Source of the DNA: an uncultured Methanosarcinales archaeon
Lineage (GTDB): Archaea; Nanobdellota; Nanobdellia; Woesearchaeales; CAZKBD01
NCBI GenBank assembly: GCA_964550945.1
Contig: CAZKBD010000007.1
Location: 1 to 40,506 of the forward strand
Reading direction: 5' to 3'
DNA: 40,506 nt
The notes under the pieces are model-generated. The model was not told where the DNA came from, did not search any database, and saw nothing but the letters and a program-made list of their open reading frames with translations. A program made the position numbers and the translations under genes. Within the stretch, counting starts at the first letter, position 1. Every line of letters begins with the position of its first letter. Below, one piece after another: positions 26,459 through 39,600 of this stretch.

Positions 26459-26902
26459 ATGCCATTTGATATCGATAAAATCGAAAAATTTCTGAAAGAT
26501 GTAGACCCGAGCGAGTCCTTTTGGGTTAACAAGGGTCCCGTAATCAGGAATATATACGAATTAGCAAATGCTATAGAAAATATAAGTGATGATACCTTTG
26601 AGTATCACGTGAATGAGCAAAAGAATGATTTTAGCGAATGGGTACGAAACGTGCTTAATGACAATGAACTGGCAGATTGTTTATTTATTATATTAGATAA
26701 GAACAAGACAATTAAAAAAATTAAAGAAAGGATTGCTTATTTTGAAAGGGAATTGGATAAATCAAGGAAAAGGCAAGTAAGCAAAGGTAAAGAGATAACC
26801 TACTTTGAGCTGGTTATCGGCTTTGCTCTTGGCTTAATAGTTGGTGCTGCAATAGGCATAATAGTTAGTCATTATTCAATTATCCCAAAAAGCTGGTTCT
26901 AA
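26459..26902 (+). CDS. DUF5752-like domain + C-terminal TM
   Basis: FEYHVNEQKNDFSEW; LVIGFALGLIVGAAIGII; ATG at 26459 preferred over GTG at 26438. Confidence 0.8.
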   Translation: MPFDIDKIEKFLKDVDPSESFWVNKGPVIRNIYELANAIENISDDTFEYHVNEQKNDFSEWVRNVLNDNELADCLFIILDKNKTIKKIKERIAYFERELDKSRKRQVSKGKEITYFELVIGFALGLIVGAAIGIIVSHYSIIPKSWF

Positions 26903-27209
26903 TATTTTGGACGATGCCTTTGAGTTATTTTATAGTTATAACCTACTGATTAATTAACTAATTAAATAGAATAATTAATTGAATATAATAGATAATTAAT
27001 TTTTTACACAGATGTTACTGGCGTTTGCTTTTATAATTAAATAATTGATTAATTATAGTAGTTAAACATTTAATATGCTCTATATACCGGGAGATTACTA
27101 AAAGTCATAAAAGTCATCTTTATGATAAGAATGTAGAAAGATATAAATATAAGTTTAGTTATAAAAGTGTATATACAGCCAAAACTATTAAAAATGGTGN
27201 NNNNNNNNN

Positions 27210-27365
27210 AAGAAAAGGGTAAACATTGGATTGGATGAGAAGATTCATACCCAAGCTAAGATAGTTTCTGCTTTAAAGAAAATCCCTTTAGGCGAATATT
27301 TTGAAAAAGCTATTGAGGAGGCTGTTAAAAAAGATAAAAATCTGCTGGAGGAGCTGCTTAAATGA
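27210..27365 (+). CDS. small RHH-like protein, start inside N gap (not in ORF track)
   Basis: KKRVNIGLDEKIHTQAKIVSALKKIPLGEYFEKAIEEAV..; ATGA-coupled to the next gene. Confidence 0.65.
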   Translation, partial: KKRVNIGLDEKIHTQAKIVSALKKIPLGEYFEKAIEEAVKKDKNLLEELLK

Positions 27366-29944
27366 AGCATAAACTCATAAATTTTTTGATGCTCTTATTA
27401 ATAATAAAACTTGCTTATGGTAGCTCAATCGATATAACCGCTCCTTCTCTGATTATACAGGGTGAACCTGAGACAGCTAATATTATGGTAACTGCTGAAA
27501 GCTTATTTGATGGTAATGTGCAGTTTAGTTATGGGAATATTGATTCAGCCGCAGCAATTATAAACTTCAATGCTGCAGACTTCATTGGATCAGGGCCTTA
27601 TTATTACAACTATTACTGGGATGTTTATGGCATAAACTCAGGCAACTATCAAATCCTTGCTGAACTGAGATATGCAAATAATACTGTTATCAACACAAAA
27701 CAGATCACTGGAGTTGTTAATAGCTCAGCTCCGACAATTTTATCAAAATCACCTTCAGGAATAGTAACTGCTGTCTCAACAACAATAACAGTAACCACAA
27801 ATGAAGAAGCAATCTGCAGATATGATACAACAAATACAACCTATAGCAACTTATCTAACACATTTAGCATTACGAACAGCAAGAGCCATAGCCAGCTTAT
27901 AGTAGGATTAACCGAAGCTAAATACAACTATTATGCAGCTTGCAGGGATTTAAAAGGGTATGAAATGAATAAACCAACTGAAGTAAGCTTCACAGTTGAT
28001 TTGCCGCCTACTGCAAAAATAAGCTTAAGTGACGAATCCCCTGTAACTACAGGGGTAATTGAAGTAACAGTTTTGACATCAGAAAATTTACCAAAAGCGC
28101 CTGCTTTAAGCTATAGCTTTAATGATGCCCCTGATTCAAAAAGCTTAGTTTCCTTAACTGGTTCAGGCTCTTTGTGGAAAGGGTATATGATAATCACTAG
28201 CAATAATGACAATAAGGTGGGAACTTTTTATTTTACTGGCGCAGATTATTTAGGGACAAAAGGAGAGATTATCACAGAAGGCAAGATATTCTTGGTTGAT
28301 ACATTGAAACCAAATGTGCCTATAAATCTTGAGCCGCTTTTGACCTCAGATGGAAATGTAAGGCTTAGATGGTATTATGATGGAGAGCCTATTGACGAGT
28401 TCAGAATATACAGGGCCATAAGCCAAGATGTTGGCTATATAGATTTTTATGGGTCCACAAACAATAACACCCAATTTGTGGATGAATCAACCACAAATAG
28501 GGTTACTTACTATTATAAGGTTAACGCTGTTGATAATGCTGGTAATATAGGGCCTTTATCTGAGGAGGTGTACATTACAGCTATAAAAGAAGGGCAAAAA
28601 GAGGTTATTGAAAATATAACTCCAATAACTCAACCAGAACCAAAGCTGCTGCCGCCAAATTTGGTGGTAAATGTTAATGATATGATTAAAAAATTTGATG
28701 TATTGGAAATAGACCTAAAAGAGATTGAATCCCAGTTTAAGGATAGCGAAAGTGAGAAAAAAGAGCTAATTGACACATTAGGCTTGATTACTGAAATTGA
28801 CAAAACAAAAGATATTATCGGATCATCGAAAAATCAACTGGAGAATCTAAAGTTAGAATACAAAGCTCCTTCTGAGTTAGACTCTGAATTAAGCAAGTTT
28901 GATTTGGAGATAAAAATGATTAGGCAAACAATGCCAAAGGAGGTAGAACTCCTAGAGAAAGCAGAGTTCGTACAAACTATAAATAGAGATGATACTAAGC
29001 TAGCGGTTGATTTGTTGTTCAATAACTTCAATGACAAAGAAAAGAAAAATTATATTAACCTTAATGAACAAGTGCAAGCGACCATAAATATTGAGGTGAA
29101 GATTAAATCCTTGAAGATTAAATACCTCGATGAAAATACCAAAAAGCTAACGTTTGTTAGCAAAAAGATTTCCAGGCAGGATCCCAGCTCTCTCAAGGAC
29201 GTAATATTTATGGAAATCTTCCCTGAAAATTGGGCAGGCGATATTAGTAAAATCAGTTTTAAACCAGACGATTACGAAAAAGTAGAAGATAAACCCACAA
29301 TAATCAAGTGGGGGTTTACAGAGCTTAATTATGAAGGCCAAACTATAGAGTATTCAATCGAAGATGAGACTGACATAAACAAAATAAAAGAAATAAACAG
29401 TGTGATTCTTGTCGGGCCATTGCAATTAGGCACATCAAAAGTTACAGGGTATTCAATATTCTCTCTATTTTCTGGATCTATAGGCCTTACTAAGGGGAAT
29501 ATGCTATTAATTCTAGCAGGAATCCTGGTTATTGCTGTCTTGATAAGCTATTATTTCTTTATGCCCCGGATAGATGTTGGAACAATTAGGGATAATATTG
29601 GGCTAAAGCTATCAAGATTAAGAGCACCAAAAAAAACAAGAAAGCTTAATTTAGAAAATTACCCCGATATACCTAAATTAGAAAAAAACAGGAATATTTA
29701 TTTTACAGAGAAAAGATTATCCAAAGCAAAAGATGAATTTAGCGTGATAAATGAGCTGATTGAAAGAAGCCAAGAACATCTTAGCACTGATGATTTTGAT
29801 AAAGCTGCTGCAATATACCCTAAGATAGAGCTGTTATACAGAAACCTGCCCAAAGAATTGAAACCAGAAGCATATACTAAGTGTATGGAGCTAAAAATAG
29901 AGATTAATAGGAAGAGAAAGGAATTTGAAAGCGCTTTAGAATAG
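27362..29944 (+). CDS. membrane-anchored surface protein (Ig/FN3-like, coiled coil, TM, helical tail)
   Basis: Signal peptide; FN3-like VRLRW..FRIYRA..YYYKVNAVDNAGN; TM LLILAGILVIAVLISYY. Confidence 0.82.
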   Translation: MKHKLINFLMLLLIIKLAYGSSIDITAPSLIIQGEPETANIMVTAESLFDGNVQFSYGNIDSAAAIINFNAADFIGSGPYYYNYYWDVYGINSGNYQILAELRYANNTVINTKQITGVVNSSAPTILSKSPSGIVTAVSTTITVTTNEEAICRYDTTNTTYSNLSNTFSITNSKSHSQLIVGLTEAKYNYYAACRDLKGYEMNKPTEVSFTVDLPPTAKISLSDESPVTTGVIEVTVLTSENLPKAPALSYSFNDAPDSKSLVSLTGSGSLWKGYMIITSNNDNKVGTFYFTGADYLGTKGEIITEGKIFLVDTLKPNVPINLEPLLTSDGNVRLRWYYDGEPIDEFRIYRAISQDVGYIDFYGSTNNNTQFVDESTTNRVTYYYKVNAVDNAGNIGPLSEEVYITAIKEGQKEVIENITPITQPEPKLLPPNLVVNVNDMIKKFDVLEIDLKEIESQFKDSESEKKELIDTLGLITEIDKTKDIIGSSKNQLENLKLEYKAPSELDSELSKFDLEIKMIRQTMPKEVELLEKAEFVQTINRDDTKLAVDLLFNNFNDKEKKNYINLNEQVQATINIEVKIKSLKIKYLDENTKKLTFVSKKISRQDPSSLKDVIFMEIFPENWAGDISKISFKPDDYEKVEDKPTIIKWGFTELNYEGQTIEYSIEDETDINKIKEINSVILVGPLQLGTSKVTGYSIFSLFSGSIGLTKGNMLLILAGILVIAVLISYYFFMPRIDVGTIRDNIGLKLSRLRAPKKTRKLNLENYPDIPKLEKNRNIYFTEKRLSKAKDEFSVINELIERSQEHLSTDDFDKAAAIYPKIELLYRNLPKELKPEAYTKCMELKIEINRKRKEFESALE

Positions 29945-29974
29945 ATTCTTATTTATTATGGTCTTAGTCCTCTT

Positions 29975-30063
29975 TCTTACATAATATGTAAATTATTCTT
30001 ACATGATATGAATTTTTATTGAAAGACTCTTACACAATATGTAAAAAAAGAAAGGTTTAAATA
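29975..30063 (+). promoter_or_regulatory. three TCTTACAYRATATG operators upstream of BRE-TATA
   Basis: Copies at 29975, 29997 and 30028 (TTACA-N5-TGTAA palindromes, middle copy imperfect); GAAAGG-TTTAAATA at 30050-30063. Confidence 0.6.
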
Positions 30064-30109
30064 TAAGGATATTCAAGATTTTAGATGGGGGGAGTGGTAA
30101 GGGAAGTTA

Positions 30110-30640
30110 ATGAATGTAAAAAAAGAGGGTTTAGCATATATTGATTTAGAGAAAAACCTGAACATAATAAATGGCTCTATCCGCAACATAATCAATAAGC
30201 ACGGCATTTCTTTTCCTGAAATTGTTAAGGTGTTAGTGGAGAAAAACATTGAGAGTGATAACTCTATAAAAATACCTTCTTCAATCCTTAAAGAAAGATC
30301 ATTAGGAATTCTTGAGGTTGTTACTAAGTACCTAAAAGAGCATCATAATCTTAGGTATAATGAGATTGCATCGCTGCTTAATAGGGATGCCAGATTAATC
30401 TGGACAACCTACAACAAGGTAAAACAAAAATTTTCTGAAAAACTTGAGGTTAATGAAGACTGCACATGGATTCCTATTTCTATATTCACAGACAGAAGGT
30501 TTGGGCCATTAGAGGCTGTTTGCAAACACTTGAAAGAGAAGCATAAACTCAGCAATTGCGAGATTGCGGATATTTTGGGAAGAGACGACAGGACAATCTG
30601 GACATGTTATAACAGAATAAAAAATAAATCAAATGATTAA
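30110..30640 (+). CDS. tandem HTH (sigma-70 region 4-like) regulator
   Basis: Two repeats of IP.SI...R..G.LE...K.LKE...L...EIA..L.RD.R.IWT.YN. Confidence 0.8.
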   Translation: MNVKKEGLAYIDLEKNLNIINGSIRNIINKHGISFPEIVKVLVEKNIESDNSIKIPSSILKERSLGILEVVTKYLKEHHNLRYNEIASLLNRDARLIWTTYNKVKQKFSEKLEVNEDCTWIPISIFTDRRFGPLEAVCKHLKEKHKLSNCEIADILGRDDRTIWTCYNRIKNKSND

Positions 30641-33600
30641 AGACCATATATTAAGGAATGTGAAAGGCTTAACTAAAATAAGATATTTTGCGTTTATATT
30701 TATCGTTGTTTTGTTAGCAATATCATTCATATCTATCCAGATGATTGGCGGATATTCTGAAAATCAATCAAATAAGATTATTACTGTTAATTTATCTTAT
30801 AAAAATGGGACATCATTTGATATGGATAATGATGGAACTGAAACAATTGATGGTGTAATAGACTATACAGTTGAATATGCAAATTTCAGCTGGGGCATAA
30901 ATTATAGCAAGCTAGGAACAAGATGGTTCATACATTCAATAGATAACGGGCAAACTACTACACTATGCTATGGCGAGCAAAAAACCTGCAATTTTGTTGA
31001 GCTAGAGCCATCTATTGACCAATGGAATGAAACGTTTAATGTGTATTATGGAAGATATGATGCTTCTTATAACAGTACAATTGGCGCTCAGGTTATTTAT
31101 GTTGATTATGACATTGAATCAGAAAATCCTTATTCAGAGATAATCTACAGCGAGCTAAACCATCTGCCTGCAAAGTTTTTAAAGCCTAATGAGATAATAA
31201 CCTACACCAAGGTAGCTAGTTACCTAAAAGAAGAACCTTCTGTCCTAAGAGGAGACTTATTGGAGATAGGAGCGACACTCAGCTACATTGATGACAGCCC
31301 ATTGCCATTCGAGAGTGTTAGTGTGTATTTTAATGACAGCTTAGTTGATACACGATTAACAGACCCATTAGGTTATGTGCAGTTTGATATAAATACCGCA
31401 CCTATGCTGCCAGCAGATTATCTGCTTAATGTAAGCTTTGCTGGCAAAATAACAGAATCTTCGCAAGAAACCATAACTGTTATGCCTAGCTTTAATATTT
31501 CAATATTAGAAGTCTTGCAAAGCAATCTAACAAATTTGACAAACAATAAACCTATCTGCAATATAATTCCTAATTTCACAATTAATAAAAATGAGAATTT
31601 AACATTGGATTTAGATGGATATTGCTTTGATCCTGATGAGGATACTTTGATTTATTCATACTACAAACCTGATAACCTATCTGCAGAATTAAACAACAAT
31701 ATTCTAACTTTAATTCCAGAATATAATTTTACTGGCGTTAGTTTTATGTTTATCACAGCTAATGATTCTGAGGTTATCACAATTTCTAACATCTTTATGA
31801 TAAATGTTACGGGAATAGAAATAGCTGAAGAAATAAAACCAAATATCAAACTAATAAGAGAGCATAGCAGCGGTGTGGGGGTAAATAAAACCATGCCAAT
31901 AAGCTTGATTTTGTGGAATAATAACTCTATAGATATATCTGATTTTACAGTTGTGGATGTGTATGAGGAAGGATGGGCAGTAATTGATAAGCCAGAAGAT
32001 TCTTATATTGTTGATAATACAATAAATATGCTAATTAACAGCTTAGCCGCGGATGAATTGTTTATAATTAATTATACCATTATGGCTCCAGGTGAGATTG
32101 GATCCAGCGAGTTTTATTCTTATATGGATTATTCTAGTTATATCCAAAATACAACTAAAAAAGAGGTTGAAGTAAATACAAGTAAAGCCTTTTTCTACAC
32201 AAGCCTAGATTTATACCAAAATGACAACAAGACAACAAGGACAATGGCTCCTAACACCAGCTATAATGCTTTATTCAAGATAAAAAATATTGGTGATAAG
32301 CCAGTAACAGATTATGATACTATCTTTACTTTTGAGATAGATGGCAGCTGGGATGCGCCTCTTTCTTCAATAGAGTGTGAAAATAAAAATATTATTATTG
32401 AAGAGGGAAAGAAAAAAATCCAATGTTTATTCAGGCCTTTTTTAGTTGATGAGGAGAAAGTATTGGTAATGGAAATCAGCTCAGGCCAGATAAAAGAAGA
32501 AATAGCAAAAATAAATGTAACCTATGATCCGCCAGTAAAAGAAAAAATAACCAGTATAACAAGCAAAATCAAATCTTTCTTTATGAACGCACTAGACAAG
32601 ATAACTAGTTTCTTTGAAGGATTGTTCAATGGGCCATTAATAATCGGGCAGGTTGTAAGGCCTCTGCCAAATGAAACAACTGCACCAGAACCAGCAACCA
32701 TAGAGCCAGAAGTGCCTATTGAAAATCCAGTTATAGAAGAGCCTGTTCAAGAGCCAACTACACCAATTGAAGAAACAAAACCAGCAGAAGAGCCAGCAAA
32801 AACAGAAACAAAACCAGCACCAGAAGCTATAGAAGAGCCCCAGGAAGAAATAAAAAAGAAAAAAGGAAGCAGAAGAATAGCTCCAAAACAAGAAGAGCCT
32901 GTTGTGAAGCAGTGGTTTACAACAACTCAGGAGTTGTTCTTTATGGCAAGAGATATCGAGGCTCCAGAGGAGCTAATAGCCCAGTTTGACATTGATATCA
33001 AAGATTCAAAAAATGAAACAGTAGGCATGAATAAAAAAATTAAGAAAATTAAAAACGAGACCTATGATTTAGAGCTTGAATTTGAGAATAAAAAAATAAA
33101 AAAGATAAAGTTTGAGCATATAAACATCAAAAAGGATGAAGGATTTTCTTTGAAATTTGATGATGTTAATGAAAGCGAAATAGAGATTGTTGGAAAAAAT
33201 GTTATGAAATCATTTGCGATTGATGCCTCTGGCTTAAATTTCTCAAATGCAACTATAATAGTTGAGGCAAAAGGGCATGACTTATGGAAATGTAAAAACT
33301 GGAATTTCTCTGAGCAAAGGTGCTATGGAAGCTGGCAAAAAATCATGGACATTACGCCGGGGCAGGAATATGCTATACAGCTATCAGCTAATGATCCTGG
33401 CTTTGCTGAGACTGGCGTTGCTTCTATCAACACAAAAAAATCGATCTATCATCCTGATGAAATAGCTGAAATCATTATTGTCGTTTTAGATACAGCAGGA
33501 CATTTGGTTTCTGATGCTCAAGTTGGCTTAAATATCACAAGCCCTGATAACAGCCTTTATTTCTATTCTACTTCAAACAATGATATTATTGAAACAGAGA

Positions 33601-36600
33601 GGGGAATTTATGAAATTAATTTCTCAAATACAAATCTAGAAGGAAATTACTCCATGGTTGTTTATGCTGCAGCAGATAATGTTAACAGCACAATGCTCTC
33701 TTATTTTATTGTTAAGGATTATTATGAATTTGATATTTTAAGGAATACTCCAGCTACAACAGATCCATGGAGGGGAGCATTCAATTCTTCAATACAAATT
33801 GTTTCATTTACTGATGCATCAATATTTAATTTTAGCGAACTATTGCCGCAGGATTTTACAGTAACAGATAATGGTGGCGCTGCTGAATTAATAATAAACA
33901 ATAAAAAAATATTAACTTGGCAGAACTTAGAGAATAATTCATTAGTTTCTTATACTGCCTCACCTCCTCTGATTACTCCTGAATTATATGAAATTGGGCC
34001 TTCTTATATAAACTATAATTCAAATATTTTTTATGAAGCAAGGCCTTGGTATTTGGCAGTTGATCCAACCGATACCTATAATGGGGCAAATGCTTCTTCT
34101 TTTACTGAGAATTGCTCAGAAGTTGTGGCTGGAACATTGGCTGACACCATAAGTGATAACGCTGGCTATTATAGGATGGGCAGGTATAAGTCAAATGGAG
34201 CATTCCCAGGATGGGGCACAGCATATAAGGCGTATTTGGACATCCATATACCTAATGCTGAAGCGCTAGTAACTGGGATAAACCTAACGTGGGATGGCTA
34301 TTGCGTAAAAACAACAGGATCAGACACTTATATGAAGCTTGCATGGTATGATTGGGATACATCGTCTTATAATGATTTCAATAATGATGACTTTATCTGC
34401 GGAGCCGGGCTTGAGCCTGCAAGCAATCCATCTATCTTAATCAGCGGAGCAACTAATGTTGCTAAAGCGCTTAATGGCTCTGGCTATGTAAGGGTTGTTT
34501 TTGCAGCATATAATGGAAATAAGGCATGCCCTGATGGCACTGATTTTTACCATGACCATATATTTGCAATAGTCACAACATTGGAAGATATATCACCTGT
34601 CTGGAGCTTTAATCAAACCAAATTTGTTTCACCATATTCTCCAACCACAAGAAGCAGCTTTAATGTAACATGGAATGATACAGTTGGAGTAAGCTATGTC
34701 TGGTTTGAGAGCAATTATTCTGGCGCACGCTTGAATTATACTATGAACAGGGTTAGTGGAAATGCGCAGAGCGGCATATATAACCATTCAGAGATATTGC
34801 CTGCAGGAACTTTCTATTGGAAATCATATGCAAATGACACAAGAAATGTCTGGAACAATACATTGGACTGGGAATTTACAGTAAACAGGGCTAACACAAT
34901 AATAAACCTGACTATAAACAATACAGCTCAAAATATTCAAACAAATGAGGATGTTTCATTATGGGTTAATGGAACATTGGTAACAGGAGATAATAGGACA
35001 ATCCAGATATACAAGAATGGCTCATTATTCAATGATGGATACTCGCCGTTGTCAAATTATACCTTTTTTCCTGAGCCAGGGCTTTATAATTTTACATTAG
35101 TCTATCAAACAAGCCAAAATTACAGCTATAGCAATATAACCTATTTTATTAATGTGTCGGATATATCAGCTCCCAACATCACTCTTGCAGGGCCTGCTAA
35201 TAACAGCTATTCCACAAGCAGGACAGTAGCGTTTATGTTTAATGTTTCAGACTTTAATGAAATTGCAAATTGCACGCTTGACCTGAATTCACAACTATGG
35301 TATAAAAACCAAAGCTATGTAAATAGAACGCAGACAAACAGCATAACAGTCAGCAATCTGCCGCAGACAACACTTAATTGGTATATCAACTGCACAGAGC
35401 TTTCTCCAAACAGCTTATACAGACAGTCTGAAATAAGGATAGTGAAGGTTGATGCTGCTCCTCCAGCAATAAGCTACCTTAATCCAACTCCTGCCAATAA
35501 CAGCCTTAAGAATACATCGTTAATTTATGTTAATGTCAGCCATACAGAAGCCAGTCCAGCAAATCCTGACAAGGTAGTGCTTTATATCAGCGGCCAAGCT
35601 AATGAGACTAAAAGCTATTTAGGCGGCTCAAACAAATTTACAAATTTCAGCCTGAATCTAAGTGAAGGGACCTATAATCTCAGCGTAGTCATTAATGACA
35701 GCGCAGGCAACATAAATATAACCCCAAATATTACTGTGACAATAGACTTATTATTCCCTCAGATAAACTACAGCGATCCAACACCAGCGCATAACAGCAA
35801 TATTTCGCAAAACAGCTTTACTGTAAATGCTACACATTTTGAGGCAAACAAGGCTCAAATAATCTTTTATCTAAACAACAGCATAAACCAGACAAAGAAT
35901 TATGATGTTGATTGGACAAATTTTTCAGTTGCAGGCTTGCATGATGGGCTTTATAATTATTATGTATGGCTGAATGATTCTGCTGGCAACAGCAATATGA
36001 CAGGAACAAGAGCAATTACAATTGATACAACCCCTCCAAACCTATTCTTGGAATATCCATTTAATGATACATGGAGCAGATACAATAATATTACATTTGC
36101 ATATAACGTAACAGATAACCTGATTGGGACTTACAATTGCAGCTTGATAATTAATGATGGGGCAAATGCAACTAATGCAACAATAACAGAAAGCGCTTCC
36201 CAAATCTTTAACATTTCTCTGGATAATGGGCTTGGATATAACTGGAGCATAAATTGTTCAGATAGATTAAACAATACAAATAATTCTGAAACAAGAATGA
36301 TGGGGGTTGATATAACCTATCCAGCAATATCAAAAGAGGCAACAAACGGAACTAATTTTAATGTTAGCACTTATATCTGCCTGAATGTTACTGTTATAGA
36401 CAGCTATTCTAATGTTAAAGAAGTGAATGTTACTGTTAATTATCCGGTTAGCGGGCTGGCGAACATTAGCTTATCTAATGCGACTAGTGGTTGTGGCGAT
36501 GCTGGAGGCAATGTGTGGTCAACAAGGCTTTACAACAGCGAGGAAGGGCAATATAACTGGACAATGACTTTTGCAAGGGATTATGCTGGCAACCTTAATT

Positions 36601-39600
36601 CCAGCATTCCAACTGGCCTGCTTAACTGGTCTGCGGTGTCCCAGATATTCTTAAACATAACTTTGAAATCGCCATTAGCCAACTTTATCTTGAACGAATC
36701 TTCTGAAACTTATAATAGCAGCTATATCCACACATGCAATGTAACATGCAGAGAAGATTCAACTAGCAATTGCAATGATGTGGTCATATCTGCACAATAT
36801 TATGATGGAGCATGGAAGGCAATAGAAACAACCACAACCAAGCTAATAAATAATCTGAATAATAAAACATGCGGCAATCTTGCGCCAAACAGCTTTTGCA
36901 ACGAGACATTTAACATTACAGTTGGGGGAACTGCTGGGGGCAGCACTTACGGATTAAGGTGCAAATCTGAGTCAAGCAATGCGCCGGATGATATTTCTGT
37001 TGTTGTTAATTTAACTGTTAATGACTTCCCTGTTGCTGCATTTACATACCCTTTAAACAGCTCGTATTTAAATGGAATCAAAATATTAAATGCCTCAGCT
37101 TCAACAGATGACGTAAATATTACAAATTATTTATTTGAATTAGACAATAATACTAATTTTAATAGCCCAACAGTATTATGCAACAGCGCAAATCATAACT
37201 GCACATTTAACACTTCAAGCCAGAGCCAATGCAATGACAGCACATTTAACTGCTTTATAAGGCTGAATGTAACGGATTATTATGGGCTAAAGAATACCAC
37301 CTTTGTTTCAATTCAGATTGATAACACAAATCCAGTAGTAAACCTAGATTTACCATTAAACGATAGCTGGAGCTCGAGCAGCAATATCGATTTTAAATAT
37401 ACCCCCAGTGATGCGAATATAGATGCCTGCATCTTATACTATAATGAAACTGTATGGCAACAAATAGAAACAAATAACAGCCCTGTTAATGGCCAGCAGG
37501 ATACTTTTAACAGAACATTGAATGATGGGGCATATTTATGGAATATATGGTGCAATGATTCTGCGGGCAACAGCGCATTTAACAAGACTAATCTAACTGT
37601 TTATGTAGATGTAACTAAGCCAAAAATAAACTTTACAGCAGGAACAGCAGAAAATAACAGCTTTTTTGCCAGAAACTGGATTTATGTCAATGTTTCTGTT
37701 GAAGAGACAAACGAGAACAATATAACCTTCTACTTATATAATTCAACGCAAATAATAAACACAACCAACTTTACAACAGCACAAAGACACGTCAACTTTA
37801 CAGGCTTAAGCGGTGATGAATATTATCTCTATAATGTAACTGTGAGAGATAAAGCAGCTAACAAAAATACAACTGAAGCAAGGAAAATAACCTTAGATGC
37901 AACAGCGCCCCAGATAAACTTCTCAACAGGAACTGCTGACAACAACAGCTATTACAACAGAAACTGGATCTATGTTAATGTTTCTATTGCAGATGACAAT
38001 CAAAATGTAACTAGATTTTACCTTTATGATTCAGCATTCAATCTGCTGAATAACACAAACTACACTGATGGAACAACTTATATTAATTTCAGCAGCTTAA
38101 CAGATACAAATGAGGCATATTATTATAATGTGACTCACATAGACAAGATTGGCTTTGAAAATTCAACAGAAACTAGAGTTATTATACTGGATTCTATTAA
38201 CCCCGCTGTGGATTTAAATGAACCGATTAATGATACCCATGTAAGCAGGACAGATGTGCAATTTAATTTTACACCATCTGATATCAATCTGCAAAATTGC
38301 TCCTTATATGGTAATTTTTCTGGCGCATGGCAGATAAACCAGACAGCTGTTAACATTAATAATGGCATTAAAAACAGCTTTAATACTACTACTCTTCAAA
38401 ATGGGGATCATATCTGGAATGTTATATGCCATGACAAAGCAGGCAATAATGCTTTCAACAAGACTAATTTTACAATAGATATTGATACAAATGCTCCTGG
38501 ACAATTTAACTTGTCATATCCTGAAAATGACACATATTCAACAGACAGGACGCCATTGCTTAACTGGACTCCAGCAAATGAGCCAAATTTTGCCAATTAT
38601 ACTGTAATTTTTGACACAACACCAGAATTTGGCTCTATTGATAACCAGTATTTTGTAGTTGGCAATTCTTCCAATACAACCTACCAGGTTGATGCAGCAG
38701 GGCAATTAAATGACAATACATTGTTTTACTGGAAAGTATTGGCTTATGATACTCTTCACCATAATAGAAACTCTACCCAGATTTTTACATATGCGACTGA
38801 TAACATCAAGCCAAACATTTATCTTGAAAGCCCTTCAAATAACAGCTTAATCACAGGCTCTTTTTCGGTGAATTTTAATTATAATTTAACTGATAATTTT
38901 AATATCAGGAATTGCTCCCTGATAATAGACAGGTCTTTAGTAGATACTGATACGACAATAACAATAAACACATCTCAAACAATAAGCTATGTACTCACAA
39001 ATGGCCAGCACAACTGGAGCATTAACTGCACTGATTATGCAGGCAATATTAACCAATCACCAATGAGAAATATCAGCTTAAATGTCGCAGTGCCTAAATT
39101 AAGATATTATGAAACTAAGCCAGGAGCAGTTGCAGCAACAACAGTACAGTATATCAACCTTTCAAACGCAGCAGAGGCAAATGCAGATAGGGTAACTTTA
39201 AGTTTAGGAGCAGGCTCAACAGGGCTTTATCAGTTTGTTGAGGCAACATTGGTTAATGATGCTAACTTTGGGCCAAATGGCTTGCTAATACCTTCTTCAA
39301 CAACTGCCCTATTTGATGGATATTTTGATGCTGGAAGGGCTAGTGCGGGCTATGCTTATTGGAAGTTGGAATATAACAATGGCTCTGGCTATACGCAAAT
39401 GTGTGTGCACCAATCAACTGCCTATATCCCAGACGCTGAAGGGCAGGTAACAGGGAGCTGCTCCAGCCCCGCATATGAAATCTATCTTGATTCAGGAGAC
39501 ACTTTAAGGCTATCAGTTTTTGTCAATAAAGTAGATTCACGCTCAACTGATTTTTATCATGATTTGGATAATCCTGACAACAGCGGTTTTGACATTTATG

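Noticed and set aside
26905..27190. Very AT-rich TAATTAA-rich intergenic tract as a replication origin
   Set aside because: No ORB-like boxes or cdc6 nearby; only a TAAAAGTCA x2 repeat, compatible with an ordinary operator
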